DNA of 64,000 nt, from positions 1,321 to 65,320 of the forward strand of contig DASRIZ010000347.1 of the NCBI GenBank assembly GCA_035649735.1. Reading direction: 5' to 3'. This document shows, piece by piece, positions 37,426-47,244 of the stretch. The translations under genes and the position numbers were made by a program. The stretch comes from Blastocatellia bacterium. Its GTDB lineage: Bacteria > Acidobacteriota > Blastocatellia > UBA7656. Positions within the stretch are counted from its first letter, which is position 1. Every line of letters begins with the position of its first letter. The notes under the pieces are model-generated. The model saw only the letters and a program-made list of their open reading frames with translations, was not told where the DNA came from and did not search any database.

Positions 37426-40056
37426 ATGGACATCAATAGATTCACCGAAAAAGCACAGGAAGCGGTTCGCGCGGCGCAAACGCTCGCCACCAGATACAGC
37501 AATCAGCAGATCGAAGTTGAACATCTTTTGTTCGCACTGCTGGATCAGCAGAGCGGGCTCGTGCCTTCGGTTCTAAGTCGTGCCGGTGTAAACGTCGATC
37601 CTTTGAAAGCGGCAGTCGAGCGCGAAATAAACAAGATGCCAAAGGTGACTGGACCTTCCGGCCCGGTCGACCAGGTGTACATAACGGCCCGGCTGAATAA
37701 GGTCTTTGTAGCGGCCGAAGACGAAGCCAAGAAACTAAAAGACGAATACGTCAGCGTCGAACACCTCTTGCTGGCGATCATCGAAGACGGGGGCGCTGCC
37801 GCGCGAGCCTTGAAGACGGCCGGCGCGACTCGGGACCGCATTGAAAAAGCTCTAATGGAGGTCCGCGGCCACCAGCGAGTAACCTCACAGAACCCGGAAG
37901 CCACTTATGAGGCCCTCGAGCGATATGGACGGGATCTAACGAAGGCTGCGGCTGCCGGTAAACTCGATCCGGTAATCGGCCGCGATGACGAAATCCGCCG
38001 CGTGATTCAAGTGCTTTCACGCAGAACCAAGAACAACCCGGTGCTTATCGGTGAGCCGGGCGTCGGGAAGACCGCTATCGTAGAAGGCCTGGCGCAGCGG
38101 ATCATTCGAGGGGATGTGCCGGAGAGCTTGAAGAACAGACGGATCGTCTCGCTCGACATGGGCGCGCTCGTCGCAGGCGCGAAATATCGCGGTGAATTTG
38201 AGGAACGTCTCAAAGCGGTGTTGAAAGAGATTCAAGCCTCAGAAGGCGAAATCATCTTGTTCATTGACGAGATGCACACAATCGTAGGCGCGGGGGCTGC
38301 GGAAGGTGCAGTCGACGCGTCGAACCTTCTCAAACCAATGCTTGCGCGCGGGGAGCTGCATTGCATCGGGGCAACGACGCTCGACGAATATCGCAAGCAT
38401 GTAGAGAAAGACGCCGCGCTCGAGCGCCGCTTTCAGCCGGTTATCGTGGATCAGCCCACGGTTGAAGACACGATCTCGATTCTGCGCGGTTTGAAAGAAC
38501 GGTACGAAGTGCATCACGGAGTACGCATCAAAGATTCGGCGTTGGTCTCAGCGGCTGTGTTGTCGCACAGGTATATCACCGACCGTTTTCTGCCGGACAA
38601 GGCCATCGATCTTGTCGATGAGGCAGCAGCAAAGCTCAGGACTGAGATCGACTCTATGCCGGCGGAACTCGATGAGATCCTTCGGCGGGTGATGCAGCTG
38701 GAAATCGAGCGGGAGGCTTTGAAGAAAGAGACCGACTCATCCTCACGTCAGCGGCTCGAGAAACTGGAGAAGGAGCTTGCCGACTTGAGAGCAAACGCGG
38801 ACCAACTCCAGGCGCAGTGGCAAGGCGAGAAAGAAGCGGTCCAGAAGATCCGATCGATTCGCGAAGAAATCGAGCAAACAAAAGTTGCCGTCGAGCAGGC
38901 GCAGCGCGAGTACGATCTCAACCGAGCTGCCGAACTCCAGTACGGGAAACTGACTCAGCTCGAGAAGCAATTGCGTGAATACGAGAACGGGCTCGATCAA
39001 CAGAGCAACAGGACCCGCCTGCTGAAGGAAGAGGTCGACGAGGAAGATATTGCCGAAGTGGTAAGCAGGTGGACGCACATTCCTGTTTCCAAGCTGCTCG
39101 AGGGCGAGCTTCAGAAGCTGCTGTCGCTTGAACAGCATTTACACAAGCGCGTAGTAGGGCAGGACGAAGCCGTGAGCGCTGTTGCCGACGCGGTGATTCG
39201 CGCTCGCTCCGGGCTAAAGGACCCAAATCGGCCAATCGGCTCTTTCATCTTTCTTGGTCCGACCGGAGTTGGCAAAACCGAGCTTGCTCGCGCCCTGGCG
39301 GTTTTTCTGTTCGACGACGAGCACGCGATGATTCGCATAGACATGTCTGAGTATCAAGAGAAGCACGCGGTCGCGCGCCTGATCGGCGCGCCTCCTGGTT
39401 ATGTAGGCTACGAAGAAGGCGGGCAGCTGACTGAAACCGTCAGGCGTCGGCCATACTCAGTAGTGCTGTTTGATGAGATCGAAAAGGCGCATCACGATGT
39501 ATTTAACGTCTTGCTTCAGATACTCGACGATGGGCGGCTGACCGATGGACAGGGCCGGGTCGTAAATTTCAAAAATACAATCGTGATAATGACCAGCAAC
39601 ATCGGAAGCCAATTGATACTGGAGTATCAGGGAAAGGCCAGCGGTGACCAGTACGAGCGAATAAAGGACCGGGTGCTTGACGCACTCCGGCATCACTTTA
39701 GACCCGAGTTTTTGAATCGCGTGGACGAGATCATCGTTTTCCATTCGTTATCCGAGGCTGATTTGAAGCAGATCGTCGACATCCAACTCAACCGATTGCG
39801 CGCACGGTTGGCGGAGCGACGGATAACGCTCGATCTTACGGATGAAGCGAAGACTCATCTTGCTTTATCGGGCTACGATCCGGTGTATGGGGCTCGGCCG
39901 CTAAAGCGAGCGATCCAACGTGAGATCGAGACGCCGCTGTCGAAGTTGATCCTAAAGGGCGATGTGAAGGAGAACGCTTTGGTTAGTGCTCAAGTGTCCG
40001 AGGGAAAGATCGCATTTTCAATCGGGCCGCTCGCGGCTGAAGTCAGTAGTCAGTAG
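37426..40056 (+). CDS. clpB: ATP-dependent chaperone (disaggregase) ClpB
   Basis: 876 aa. Clp N-domain, two AAA+ modules (GEPGVGKTA and GPTGVGKTE), and a long coiled-coil middle domain. Confidence 0.97.
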   Translation: MDINRFTEKAQEAVRAAQTLATRYSNQQIEVEHLLFALLDQQSGLVPSVLSRAGVNVDPLKAAVEREINKMPKVTGPSGPVDQVYITARLNKVFVAAEDEAKKLKDEYVSVEHLLLAIIEDGGAAARALKTAGATRDRIEKALMEVRGHQRVTSQNPEATYEALERYGRDLTKAAAAGKLDPVIGRDDEIRRVIQVLSRRTKNNPVLIGEPGVGKTAIVEGLAQRIIRGDVPESLKNRRIVSLDMGALVAGAKYRGEFEERLKAVLKEIQASEGEIILFIDEMHTIVGAGAAEGAVDASNLLKPMLARGELHCIGATTLDEYRKHVEKDAALERRFQPVIVDQPTVEDTISILRGLKERYEVHHGVRIKDSALVSAAVLSHRYITDRFLPDKAIDLVDEAAAKLRTEIDSMPAELDEILRRVMQLEIEREALKKETDSSSRQRLEKLEKELADLRANADQLQAQWQGEKEAVQKIRSIREEIEQTKVAVEQAQREYDLNRAAELQYGKLTQLEKQLREYENGLDQQSNRTRLLKEEVDEEDIAEVVSRWTHIPVSKLLEGELQKLLSLEQHLHKRVVGQDEAVSAVADAVIRARSGLKDPNRPIGSFIFLGPTGVGKTELARALAVFLFDDEHAMIRIDMSEYQEKHAVARLIGAPPGYVGYEEGGQLTETVRRRPYSVVLFDEIEKAHHDVFNVLLQILDDGRLTDGQGRVVNFKNTIVIMTSNIGSQLILEYQGKASGDQYERIKDRVLDALRHHFRPEFLNRVDEIIVFHSLSEADLKQIVDIQLNRLRARLAERRITLDLTDEAKTHLALSGYDPVYGARPLKRAIQREIETPLSKLILKGDVKENALVSAQVSEGKIAFSIGPLAAEVSSQ

Positions 40057-40099
40057 CAGAATATAGGTCCAATAGGTCCAATAGGTCCTATATTGGTTG
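40057..40099. repeat. ATAGGTCC-triplet element (direct orientation), immediately after the clpB stop
   Basis: cagaatataggtccaataggtccaataggtcctatattggttg. Confidence 0.8.
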
Positions 40100-40138
40100 C
40101 TACAAGGTGCATCGCCGGTGCTATCATGAAGGTGATCG

Positions 40139-40486
40139 ATGGAGGTCAATCGTATGAGTGAGATGTTCGTTGGGCGTCGCGCTGATGGCGAACTCTTCAC
40201 TGAAAGAATTGACGGCAAGTGGATCGTACCTCTTTGGTCCAGCAAGGACGCACTGGCTCGATACAAGGAACGCAACCCTGAACTACTGACTTTTCTGCCG
40301 GCTCGCCTGACTGGCTCGCTGCTGCATCGCATACGAAGCGGTCAGGCCGGACCGGAAATCACCGCTTTCTTTCTACTGACCGACGACGATCCCGACGCCG
40401 ATCTTGACGATGGTAGACCGATCTCACTGGACGGAATCACGCTTGAGAGTGAACCTGCAACGCAGCCTGCACAAGTACAGCTTTAG
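40139..40486 (+). CDS. Hypothetical small cytoplasmic protein with an acidic C-terminal tail
   Basis: 115 aa, or 110 aa from the ATG at 40154, which has GGAGG + 8 nt. DDDPDADLDDG tail. I recognise no family. It lies 74 nt upstream of the eRF1-like gene. Confidence 0.55.
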   Translation: MEVNRMSEMFVGRRADGELFTERIDGKWIVPLWSSKDALARYKERNPELLTFLPARLTGSLLHRIRSGQAGPEITAFFLLTDDDPDADLDDGRPISLDGITLESEPATQPAQVQL

Positions 40487-40560
40487 CGCATTCACAAGGC
40501 GCAGCGCGGTACTATCATCCGGACCTGGCATGTACAAGCAAGGTGACAAGGAGGAAGGGT

Positions 40561-41697
40561 ATGATTTCGCACGAAGACTTAAGCCAGCTACACAGCTACT
40601 CATCTGGCCCTGAGTCACTCATTCTGAGCCTTTACGTGAACATAGATCAATCGGATGCCGCGAACCTCAACCGCGGGTTTGAAACCAGAGTCGAAAGCCT
40701 GTTCCGGCAGGCTGCGGAGAATCACAACTCCCACGAGGGAAGCCGGGAGAGATTTGACGCGGAGTGCCAGCGAGTTCGCGATTTTTTACGAGAGTATGTA
40801 CCGAAGGGTAAAGCTCTGGTGCTGTTCAGCGACTCAAAGCGGGATTTCTGGTGGCAACGCGATCTGCAGGTTGAATTGCCAACCGGCGTGCGCTGGTCGC
40901 CGGAGCTGTGGGTGCGGCCCTTGCTCGAAGTCATTGAAGAACACGATCGCTTCGCCGTCGTGTTGATTGATAAACACCACGCTCGCGTCCTGACTTTCGA
41001 TGCCGGCGGATTGGAACAGCAAACCGAAATCGTCTCTGATGTGCCTAATAAACACGCAACCACTGGAACAGATCACATCTGGTCTCAGGGACAGATGGAT
41101 CGCGATCATTTAAATCATGTTCAGTCCCACGCCAGGCGAGTGACGGATGAGCTGACGACGGTGATCGAGCGGATGAAGCTAAAAAGGATAGTCATTGGAG
41201 GACCGGTGGAAGCGACTTCCGTTTTTACCAGCGGGCTTCCGAAGCGTCTACAGCAGATGATTATCGGAACGATTTCCGCCCCGGTAGATGCCAATCGCGA
41301 CCGGATAATCGCCGAGATGAGGTCGGTGCAGGCAAATACCGAGCACGAAGACGAAACTAAGATGGTCGATTCTATGATCACTGCTGCAATGAAAGGCGAC
41401 CGCGCGGTGATTGGAGTCTCAGACACGCTGGGCGCGATCCAGGAAGGCCGGGTCTACCGTCTGGTGGTTGCGCGGGATTTCCGAGCCGAGGGTAAGGAGT
41501 GCGTGGCCTGTCACGTGCTGGTTGCGGACGGAATGGAAAACTGCCCGTTCTGCGCGGGTAAGCTGGAAGCGGCGCCTGATCTGGTTAACCGAGCATCACA
41601 CCGGGTGCTCGACATGGGCGGCACGATTCAACACGTCTCCGGCGAAGCCGCCACGCGGCTTGCGCAAGCGGGGATTGGCGCGGTGTTGAGATTTTGA
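40561..41697 (+). CDS. eRF1/Pelota/Vms1-like (bacterial aeRF1-type) protein with a zinc-ribbon insert
   Basis: Start at the ATG at 40561 after [21 protein letters not shown] opening, central [20 protein letters not shown] loop, and a C-terminal domain-3-like segment [25 protein letters not shown]...CVAC..CPFC...AGIGAVLRF. Confidence 0.65.
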   Translation: MISHEDLSQLHSYSSGPESLILSLYVNIDQSDAANLNRGFETRVESLFRQAAENHNSHEGSRERFDAECQRVRDFLREYVPKGKALVLFSDSKRDFWWQRDLQVELPTGVRWSPELWVRPLLEVIEEHDRFAVVLIDKHHARVLTFDAGGLEQQTEIVSDVPNKHATTGTDHIWSQGQMDRDHLNHVQSHARRVTDELTTVIERMKLKRIVIGGPVEATSVFTSGLPKRLQQMIIGTISAPVDANRDRIIAEMRSVQANTEHEDETKMVDSMITAAMKGDRAVIGVSDTLGAIQEGRVYRLVVARDFRAEGKECVACHVLVADGMENCPFCAGKLEAAPDLVNRASHRVLDMGGTIQHVSGEAATRLAQAGIGAVLRF

Positions 41698-41710
41698 ATT
41701 AGTCCGTGGT

Positions 41711-41753
41711 CAGAATATAGGTCCTATAGGTCATATAGGTCCTATATTCAGAC
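41711..41753. repeat. ATAGGTCC-triplet element (direct orientation), after the eRF1-like gene
   Basis: cagaatataggtcctataggtcatataggtcctatattcagac. It has the same first 14 nt and the same terminal ataggtcctatatt as the copy at 40057. Confidence 0.8.
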
Positions 41754-41788
41754 TTCTGACTTTTAACTTGAGACTTAAAAAGGACCAA

Positions 41789-42415
41789 ATGGTATTAATC
41801 CCCACAGTTGTTGAAACAACCGGCAGAGGCGAACGTCACTACGATATCTATTCAAGACTTCTCAAGGAACACATCATTTTTCTCGGAACCGAGATCGACG
41901 AGCCGATCGCAAACATCGTCGTGGCTGAACTGCTTTATCTGGAATCCGAGGATCCTGACCGCGAGATCTCGATCTATATCAACAGCCCGGGAGGATCGAT
42001 TACCGCCGGCCTTGCCATCTATGACACGATGCGTTTTATCAGGCCGGATATTGTGACTATCTGCATGGGTCAGTCGGCCTCGATGGCGGCGCTCCTTCTT
42101 GCCGCGGGAACAAAGGGAAAGAGGTTCTCGCTTCCCCACTCGAGAATAGTGATTCATCAGCCGTCGGTCGAAGGCATAGCCGGCCAGGCGACTGATGTGA
42201 AGATCTACGCGGAGGAACTGTTGCGAACCCGAAACCTGTTGTCGAAAATTCTCGCTGATTTGACGGGACAGTCTTTTGAAAAGACCGACCGTGACGTGGA
42301 ACGAGACTTTATTCTGAGCCCAACGCAAGCCGTGGAATACGGACTCATCGACAGTGTTCTTTCGTCTCGCGATTTGGGGGTTGGTGACCTGGTCGAAACC
42401 GCGAATCTGACATAA
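41789..42415 (+). CDS. clpP: ATP-dependent Clp protease proteolytic subunit
   Basis: Start at [25 protein letters not shown]. Catalytic Ser in GQSASMAA and His in VIHQP. Confidence 0.95.
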   Translation: MVLIPTVVETTGRGERHYDIYSRLLKEHIIFLGTEIDEPIANIVVAELLYLESEDPDREISIYINSPGGSITAGLAIYDTMRFIRPDIVTICMGQSASMAALLLAAGTKGKRFSLPHSRIVIHQPSVEGIAGQATDVKIYAEELLRTRNLLSKILADLTGQSFEKTDRDVERDFILSPTQAVEYGLIDSVLSSRDLGVGDLVETANLT

Positions 42416-42491
42416 ATCGTAACCTGGTCCTCGTCTGTGTAGTTTGCACACCAGCGACACAGACCGAGGTCTGAGCTTCCAGTGGAGCTAG

Positions 42492-42854
42492 ATGATGATG
42501 TCAAGAAGCAAGAAGATTTTTATAGAGCGCATCAGCAGCGAGTATCGCCGTCCGAGCGGCCCTTTGTGGCAGCCGGCGGTAGATATTTACCGATGTCCCG
42601 AAGGATGGACGATAAAGTTCGATCTCGCCGGGGTGAAACTCGAGGACATTCAGGTGCTGATCGCCGAGGACAAGTTGATAGTGCGCGGCGTCCGTCGGGA
42701 CACCGTGATCACTGAGGGGTGGAGCTATCATCAACTGGAAATAACCTATAGCCGCTTCGAGCGCATTCTGAAGATCCCCTGCGATCTTTCCCGCACCGAG
42801 ATTCAACCCGAAAGCCGGGACGGCTGGTTAATCCTGCGTTTGACCTGTGTTTGA
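42492..42854 (+). CDS. Hsp20/alpha-crystallin family small heat-shock protein
   Basis: 120 aa. The alpha-crystallin domain pattern is PAVDIY....W.IKFDLAGVK.EDI.V....L.VRG.R. Confidence 0.85.
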   Translation: MMMSRSKKIFIERISSEYRRPSGPLWQPAVDIYRCPEGWTIKFDLAGVKLEDIQVLIAEDKLIVRGVRRDTVITEGWSYHQLEITYSRFERILKIPCDLSRTEIQPESRDGWLILRLTCV

Positions 42855-42931
42855 CGAAAATGGGCGGGCCGCGGCAGCCTGTTTGCTGTCAGCCGCTGAC
42901 GCGCCGTCGAGACCCTAGAGGTATAAGCAAA

Positions 42932-45358
42932 ATGACAGAAACGAAAATCTTGGAGCTGCCGATCCTGCCGTTGAGAAATACAGTGATTTTTCCGTCGGGC
43001 ATTACGCCGCTCACGGTGGGCCGCCCATTGTCGCTCGCGGCCGCAGAGGCCGCCCTGTCCACCGAAGAAAAACTGCTCGGCGTGGTGGCTCAGCGCGAGG
43101 ACAATGAAGCCGAACCTACGCCCGAAAATCTGTATAAGACCGGCACGGTCGTGGTCATAAATCGAATGATGCGCTCGCCGGGCGCCGAAGAGGTCCTGCA
43201 TCTTATAGTCCAGGGTCAGGAGCGTTTCCGTGTGATTGAATTCACCGGTCAGACGCCTCACCTGAAAGCTCGCGTCGAGGTCTTGCCCGAACCCATACGC
43301 GAGAAAACTCCGGAGGTCGAAGCGCTTCAAAGGAACATTCAGGTCCTCGTTCAAAAGGCGTTGAGCCTGCTTCCGAACGTGCCGCCGGAGATTCGCAACA
43401 TTATCGTTCAGGCCGACGACGCGGTGCGCCTCGCTTACTTCCTGGGTTCGGTGCTCGATCTGAATGTTACCCAGGAGCAGGCGCTGCTGGAGGCCGATAC
43501 CGAAAGCGATGTGCTTCACCTGATGCACACCTACCTCGCTCGCGAAGTCGAGGTATTGGAGATCAGGAGCAAGATCGCGAATCAGGCGCAAGAGGAGCTC
43601 GGAAAAGCGCAGCGTGACTTCATCCTGCGTGAACAAATGAAGCAGATCCAAAAGGAACTCGGCGAAGGCGAAGGCGGCGAGCAAGCCGAGGCCCAGCTTC
43701 TCCGCGAGAGAATAGAGAAGGCCGAGCTGCCTGATGAGGTTCGCGCCGAAGCGGATCGCGAGCTCAAACGGCTCGAGCGCTTGCCTACCGCAGCCCCGGA
43801 TTATCACGTCATTCGAACCTATCTTGACTGGATTCTTGACCTGCCGTGGAAAAAATCGACCGAGGAGGCGTTGGATCTCAACAAAGCGCAGGAGGTGCTC
43901 GACGAGGATCATTACGATTTGGAAGACATAAAACAACGGATCCTCGAGCACCTGGCAGTGATCAAGCTCAATCCCAGGACAAAGGCCCCGATACTCTGCT
44001 TTGTCGGCCCGCCGGGGGTTGGCAAGACAAGTCTGGGTCAATCCATCGCGCGGTCGATGGGTCGCAAGTTCGAGCGAATGTCGCTTGGCGGAATGCGCGA
44101 CGAAGCGGAGTTGCGCGGGCATCGACGAACCTACATCGGTTCAATGCCCGGACGAATCATTCAGGCGCTCAGACGAGCGGGCGTCAACAACCCGGTGATG
44201 ATGCTCGACGAAGTCGACAAGCTCGGGATGGATTTCCGCGGCGATCCGGCTTCCGCGCTGCTCGAGGTCCTCGACCCAGCTCAGAACTTTTCGTTTAGGG
44301 ACCATTATTTGGATTTGCCGTTCGATCTGTCGAAGGTGTTTTTCATAGCGACCGCAAACACCCTGTCGCCCATACCGCCTGCCCTGCGCGACCGCATGGA
44401 AGTGATCCGTCTTTCGGGATACACCGAAGAGGAAAAGCTTCATATTGCCATTAGATATCTTGTGCCGCGTCAGGTCCGGGAAGCCGGGTTGACCGATGAG
44501 CAGATCAAGTTCGCGGATGAAGCGCTTCAGGGGATCATCAGCCGTTACACGCGCGAGGCCGGCGTCCGGCAGCTTGAGAGAAACATCGGAAGCGTCGCTC
44601 GCAAGATCGCGCTCAAGGTCGCGCAAGGCAAAGGCGAGGCGTTCACCATCAAACCCGAGGAGCTTGAAGAGTATCTCGGTCACGAGATGTTCTTCCACGA
44701 GATGGCCCGGCAAAAGCTTCCGGCCGGAGTTGCGACCGGGATGGCCGTGACCGAGATGGGCGGAGAGGTCCTGTTTGTCGAGGCGACCTTACTGCCTGGT
44801 TCGAAGGGTCTGACGCTGACCGGCCAGCTCGGCGATGTGATGCAGGAATCGGCAAAAGCCGCGCTGAGCTATCTGTGGTCGCACTCGAATGAGCTGGGGT
44901 TTGATTGCGCTGAGAAGTTCGGAAACAGCGGTGTGCACGTACACGTCCCAGCGGGGGCAACTCCAAAGGATGGACCATCGGCTGGGGTCGCAATCATATC
45001 CGCGCTCGCATCGTTGTGCACGGGACGTCCGGTGCGCAGCGATACGGCGATGACCGGCGAAATCACGTTGAGCGGATTGGTGCTCCCGGTAGGCGGGATA
45101 AAGGGCAAAGTCCTTGCGGCTCGCCGATCGGGAATGAAGCGAGTTGTGTTGCCAAAAAAGAACGAAGCCGATCTCAAAGATATTCCCGAGGAGGCGATGC
45201 GCGATCTCGAGGTTGTGCTTGTGGAGAGAATCAATGAGCTTCTCCCTCAAACGCTGATTCCCTCGGAGGAAGCGCAACCCGAGATGCCCATACCAGAATC
45301 GCAACCTTCGACGTCGGGCACGGAAGTGCGCGTCGAAGGTGGCGAAGCTCATGCGTAA
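42932..45358 (+). CDS. lon: ATP-dependent Lon protease
   Basis: Start at MTETKILELPILPLRNTVIFP (LON N-domain). Walker A GPPGVGKTS and catalytic PKDGPSAGVA...K. Confidence 0.97.
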   Translation: MTETKILELPILPLRNTVIFPSGITPLTVGRPLSLAAAEAALSTEEKLLGVVAQREDNEAEPTPENLYKTGTVVVINRMMRSPGAEEVLHLIVQGQERFRVIEFTGQTPHLKARVEVLPEPIREKTPEVEALQRNIQVLVQKALSLLPNVPPEIRNIIVQADDAVRLAYFLGSVLDLNVTQEQALLEADTESDVLHLMHTYLAREVEVLEIRSKIANQAQEELGKAQRDFILREQMKQIQKELGEGEGGEQAEAQLLRERIEKAELPDEVRAEADRELKRLERLPTAAPDYHVIRTYLDWILDLPWKKSTEEALDLNKAQEVLDEDHYDLEDIKQRILEHLAVIKLNPRTKAPILCFVGPPGVGKTSLGQSIARSMGRKFERMSLGGMRDEAELRGHRRTYIGSMPGRIIQALRRAGVNNPVMMLDEVDKLGMDFRGDPASALLEVLDPAQNFSFRDHYLDLPFDLSKVFFIATANTLSPIPPALRDRMEVIRLSGYTEEEKLHIAIRYLVPRQVREAGLTDEQIKFADEALQGIISRYTREAGVRQLERNIGSVARKIALKVAQGKGEAFTIKPEELEEYLGHEMFFHEMARQKLPAGVATGMAVTEMGGEVLFVEATLLPGSKGLTLTGQLGDVMQESAKAALSYLWSHSNELGFDCAEKFGNSGVHVHVPAGATPKDGPSAGVAIISALASLCTGRPVRSDTAMTGEITLSGLVLPVGGIKGKVLAARRSGMKRVVLPKKNEADLKDIPEEAMRDLEVVLVERINELLPQTLIPSEEAQPEMPIPESQPSTSGTEVRVEGGEAHA

Positions 45359-45389
45359 GATGTGATGGACGGGATTGGCGATAGTCGTT

Positions 45390-46829
45390 ATGTACACCGA
45401 GTTATTCGAGACAATCTATCCGATCAACACCAAAAAAGAGAAAGGCGTGGTGGTAACCGCGGTGGACCCGTTCGCCCTCGGTGACCGACTCGGTATTCAG
45501 CCCGGCGACCGCATAGTGAAAGTCAACGGCCGCGACCTGCACGACTTCCTCGATTTTCAGTTCTACACCGGAAGCGAAGACTGCGTCCGCCTCGAGATCG
45601 TCAAGAAATCCGGAGAGGCGGCAGCCGTCGAAACTGAAGTGGGCGAAGGCGAAATCTGGGGTCTCGATTTTGAATATTTCTCGCCGCGACAGTGCGCGAA
45701 CGACTGCATATTTTGTTTTTGCAACCAGAACCCTGCCGGCTCACGCGAGTCTCTGTTCTTTAAGGACGAAGATACGCGGCTGTCGTTTCTTCACGGCAAC
45801 TACACAACGATGTCTTCGATCTCAAAAATCGAGCTCGATCGCATTGTCGAACAGCGGCTGTCGCCACAATATGTCTCCGTACACGCTACAGATCCAGAAG
45901 TTCGCCGCTATCTGCTTGGCCGCAAGCGGCCAGATGACGTGCTTGGTAAGATGCGATACCTCGCGGCTAACGGCATCGAGCTTCACGCTCAAATAGTTTT
46001 GTGCCCATCCATCAACGACGGTCAGGTGCTAAAACGCACAATAGACGATCTGGCGGAACTCCATCCCGGTTTACGTTCGGTTGCCGTAGTTCCGGTCGTA
46101 TTCACCAGACTGCATAACTATAGAGACAGGATGACCGCGGTGACGGAGGCGTTCGCTAAGGCGCTGATCAAGGAGGTTCGGCAGTGGCAGCGCGAGTTTC
46201 GAAGACAACTGGGGACAACTTTTGTGTTTCTTGCCGATGAGTTTTATCTGCGCGCTGGTGTGTCCTTGCCGGGACGCGCCCACTATGGTGACTATCCGCA
46301 GATCGAAGACGGTGTGGGAATGGTGCGCAGATTCGTGGTCGATGCGAAGAGAACGCTGAGTCACGATCTTGTTTCTGATTTCCAGTTAAGACCGGGTTCG
46401 CTGCGAGGCACAATTGCGACGGGTGAACTCTTCTACCCAATACTTGCGCAGTACGTAGACCAGATAAACAGAATGTGCGGCACGAGACTCAAGATTAGCG
46501 CAATCCGAAATCGGTTCTTTGGCGAGGAGGTAACCGTGGCCGGGCTGATCGCGGGAAGCGACGTGCTGGCGGCCCGAGATTCGATCCAGGGAGAGTTCCT
46601 GATCGTCCCCGAGCAGGCGTGCCTGAAGTCAGGCAACACATTTCTCGATGACCTTACGGTGGAGCAACTGGAAGGTGAACTTCAGATGCCCGTCTCGCAC
46701 GGGGGCGGATCGGTCCTAAGCCTCATCACCCAGGCGTCGGCGCTTGAGCAGCGTCTCGAGGCCGGTTCAGGAACGGTAACTAGCCGGAACCTTACACAAG
46801 CCTCTGCAAATCTCACGGCTCGTCGATAA
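45390..46829 (+). CDS. PDZ-domain radical-SAM-like protein (DUF512-type)
   Basis: N-terminal PDZ (GIQPGDRIVKVNGRDL) and a CANDCIFC (Cx3Cx2C) cluster. The start could be TTG at 45375 or ATG at 45390. Confidence 0.75.
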   Translation: MYTELFETIYPINTKKEKGVVVTAVDPFALGDRLGIQPGDRIVKVNGRDLHDFLDFQFYTGSEDCVRLEIVKKSGEAAAVETEVGEGEIWGLDFEYFSPRQCANDCIFCFCNQNPAGSRESLFFKDEDTRLSFLHGNYTTMSSISKIELDRIVEQRLSPQYVSVHATDPEVRRYLLGRKRPDDVLGKMRYLAANGIELHAQIVLCPSINDGQVLKRTIDDLAELHPGLRSVAVVPVVFTRLHNYRDRMTAVTEAFAKALIKEVRQWQREFRRQLGTTFVFLADEFYLRAGVSLPGRAHYGDYPQIEDGVGMVRRFVVDAKRTLSHDLVSDFQLRPGSLRGTIATGELFYPILAQYVDQINRMCGTRLKISAIRNRFFGEEVTVAGLIAGSDVLAARDSIQGEFLIVPEQACLKSGNTFLDDLTVEQLEGELQMPVSHGGGSVLSLITQASALEQRLEAGSGTVTSRNLTQASANLTARR

Positions 46830-47115
46830 CCACATTGAGTCGTTCCTTTGGGGCGTCTGTCAACATGGCGGCCCGAAACATCCACTGCTTTTCTTGAATC
46901 CCCTGTTTAACCTAGATCTTGTAAGGAATTCGATTTCCAATTTTTCGTAGATACTTCCAGAATCTTGGAAGGCAACGGCATGTTTTGGCGTGGTCACTTT
47001 CATCTAAGAGCTTGCTCAAGTACGATTTGAGCAACTGGAACGCTCGCGGTACCGGGATTGCTTATTCAACTACCGCACATCCTTAGAATCTCTACCATTC
47101 TGTTCTGAACTTGGG

Positions 47116-47158
47116 GAGAGGTCGTCACTCGGGCACAGTGGCGACCTCCAATTTTTTT
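47116..47158 (+). terminator. Rho-independent terminator (orphan, in a long ORF-free spacer)
   Basis: Stem 47118-47129 (gaggtcgtcact) pairs with 47137-47148 (agtggcgacctc). The loop is 7 nt, followed by caa + T7. Confidence 0.6.
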
Positions 47159-47244
47159 GTTACCCCTAAACGAAACCGAAATCGGCCTGGCGCTACTCCA
47201 AATTGCCTGGGTGCCGGCCTCGGTATCTCCTTCGTTCGGTTAGT

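Noticed and set aside
42803-44122. 439-aa ORF on the minus strand
   Set aside because: It is entirely antisense to lon, whose Walker and catalytic motifs are unambiguous. The product is low-complexity and Arg/Leu-rich, a typical shadow ORF in GC-rich coding DNA.
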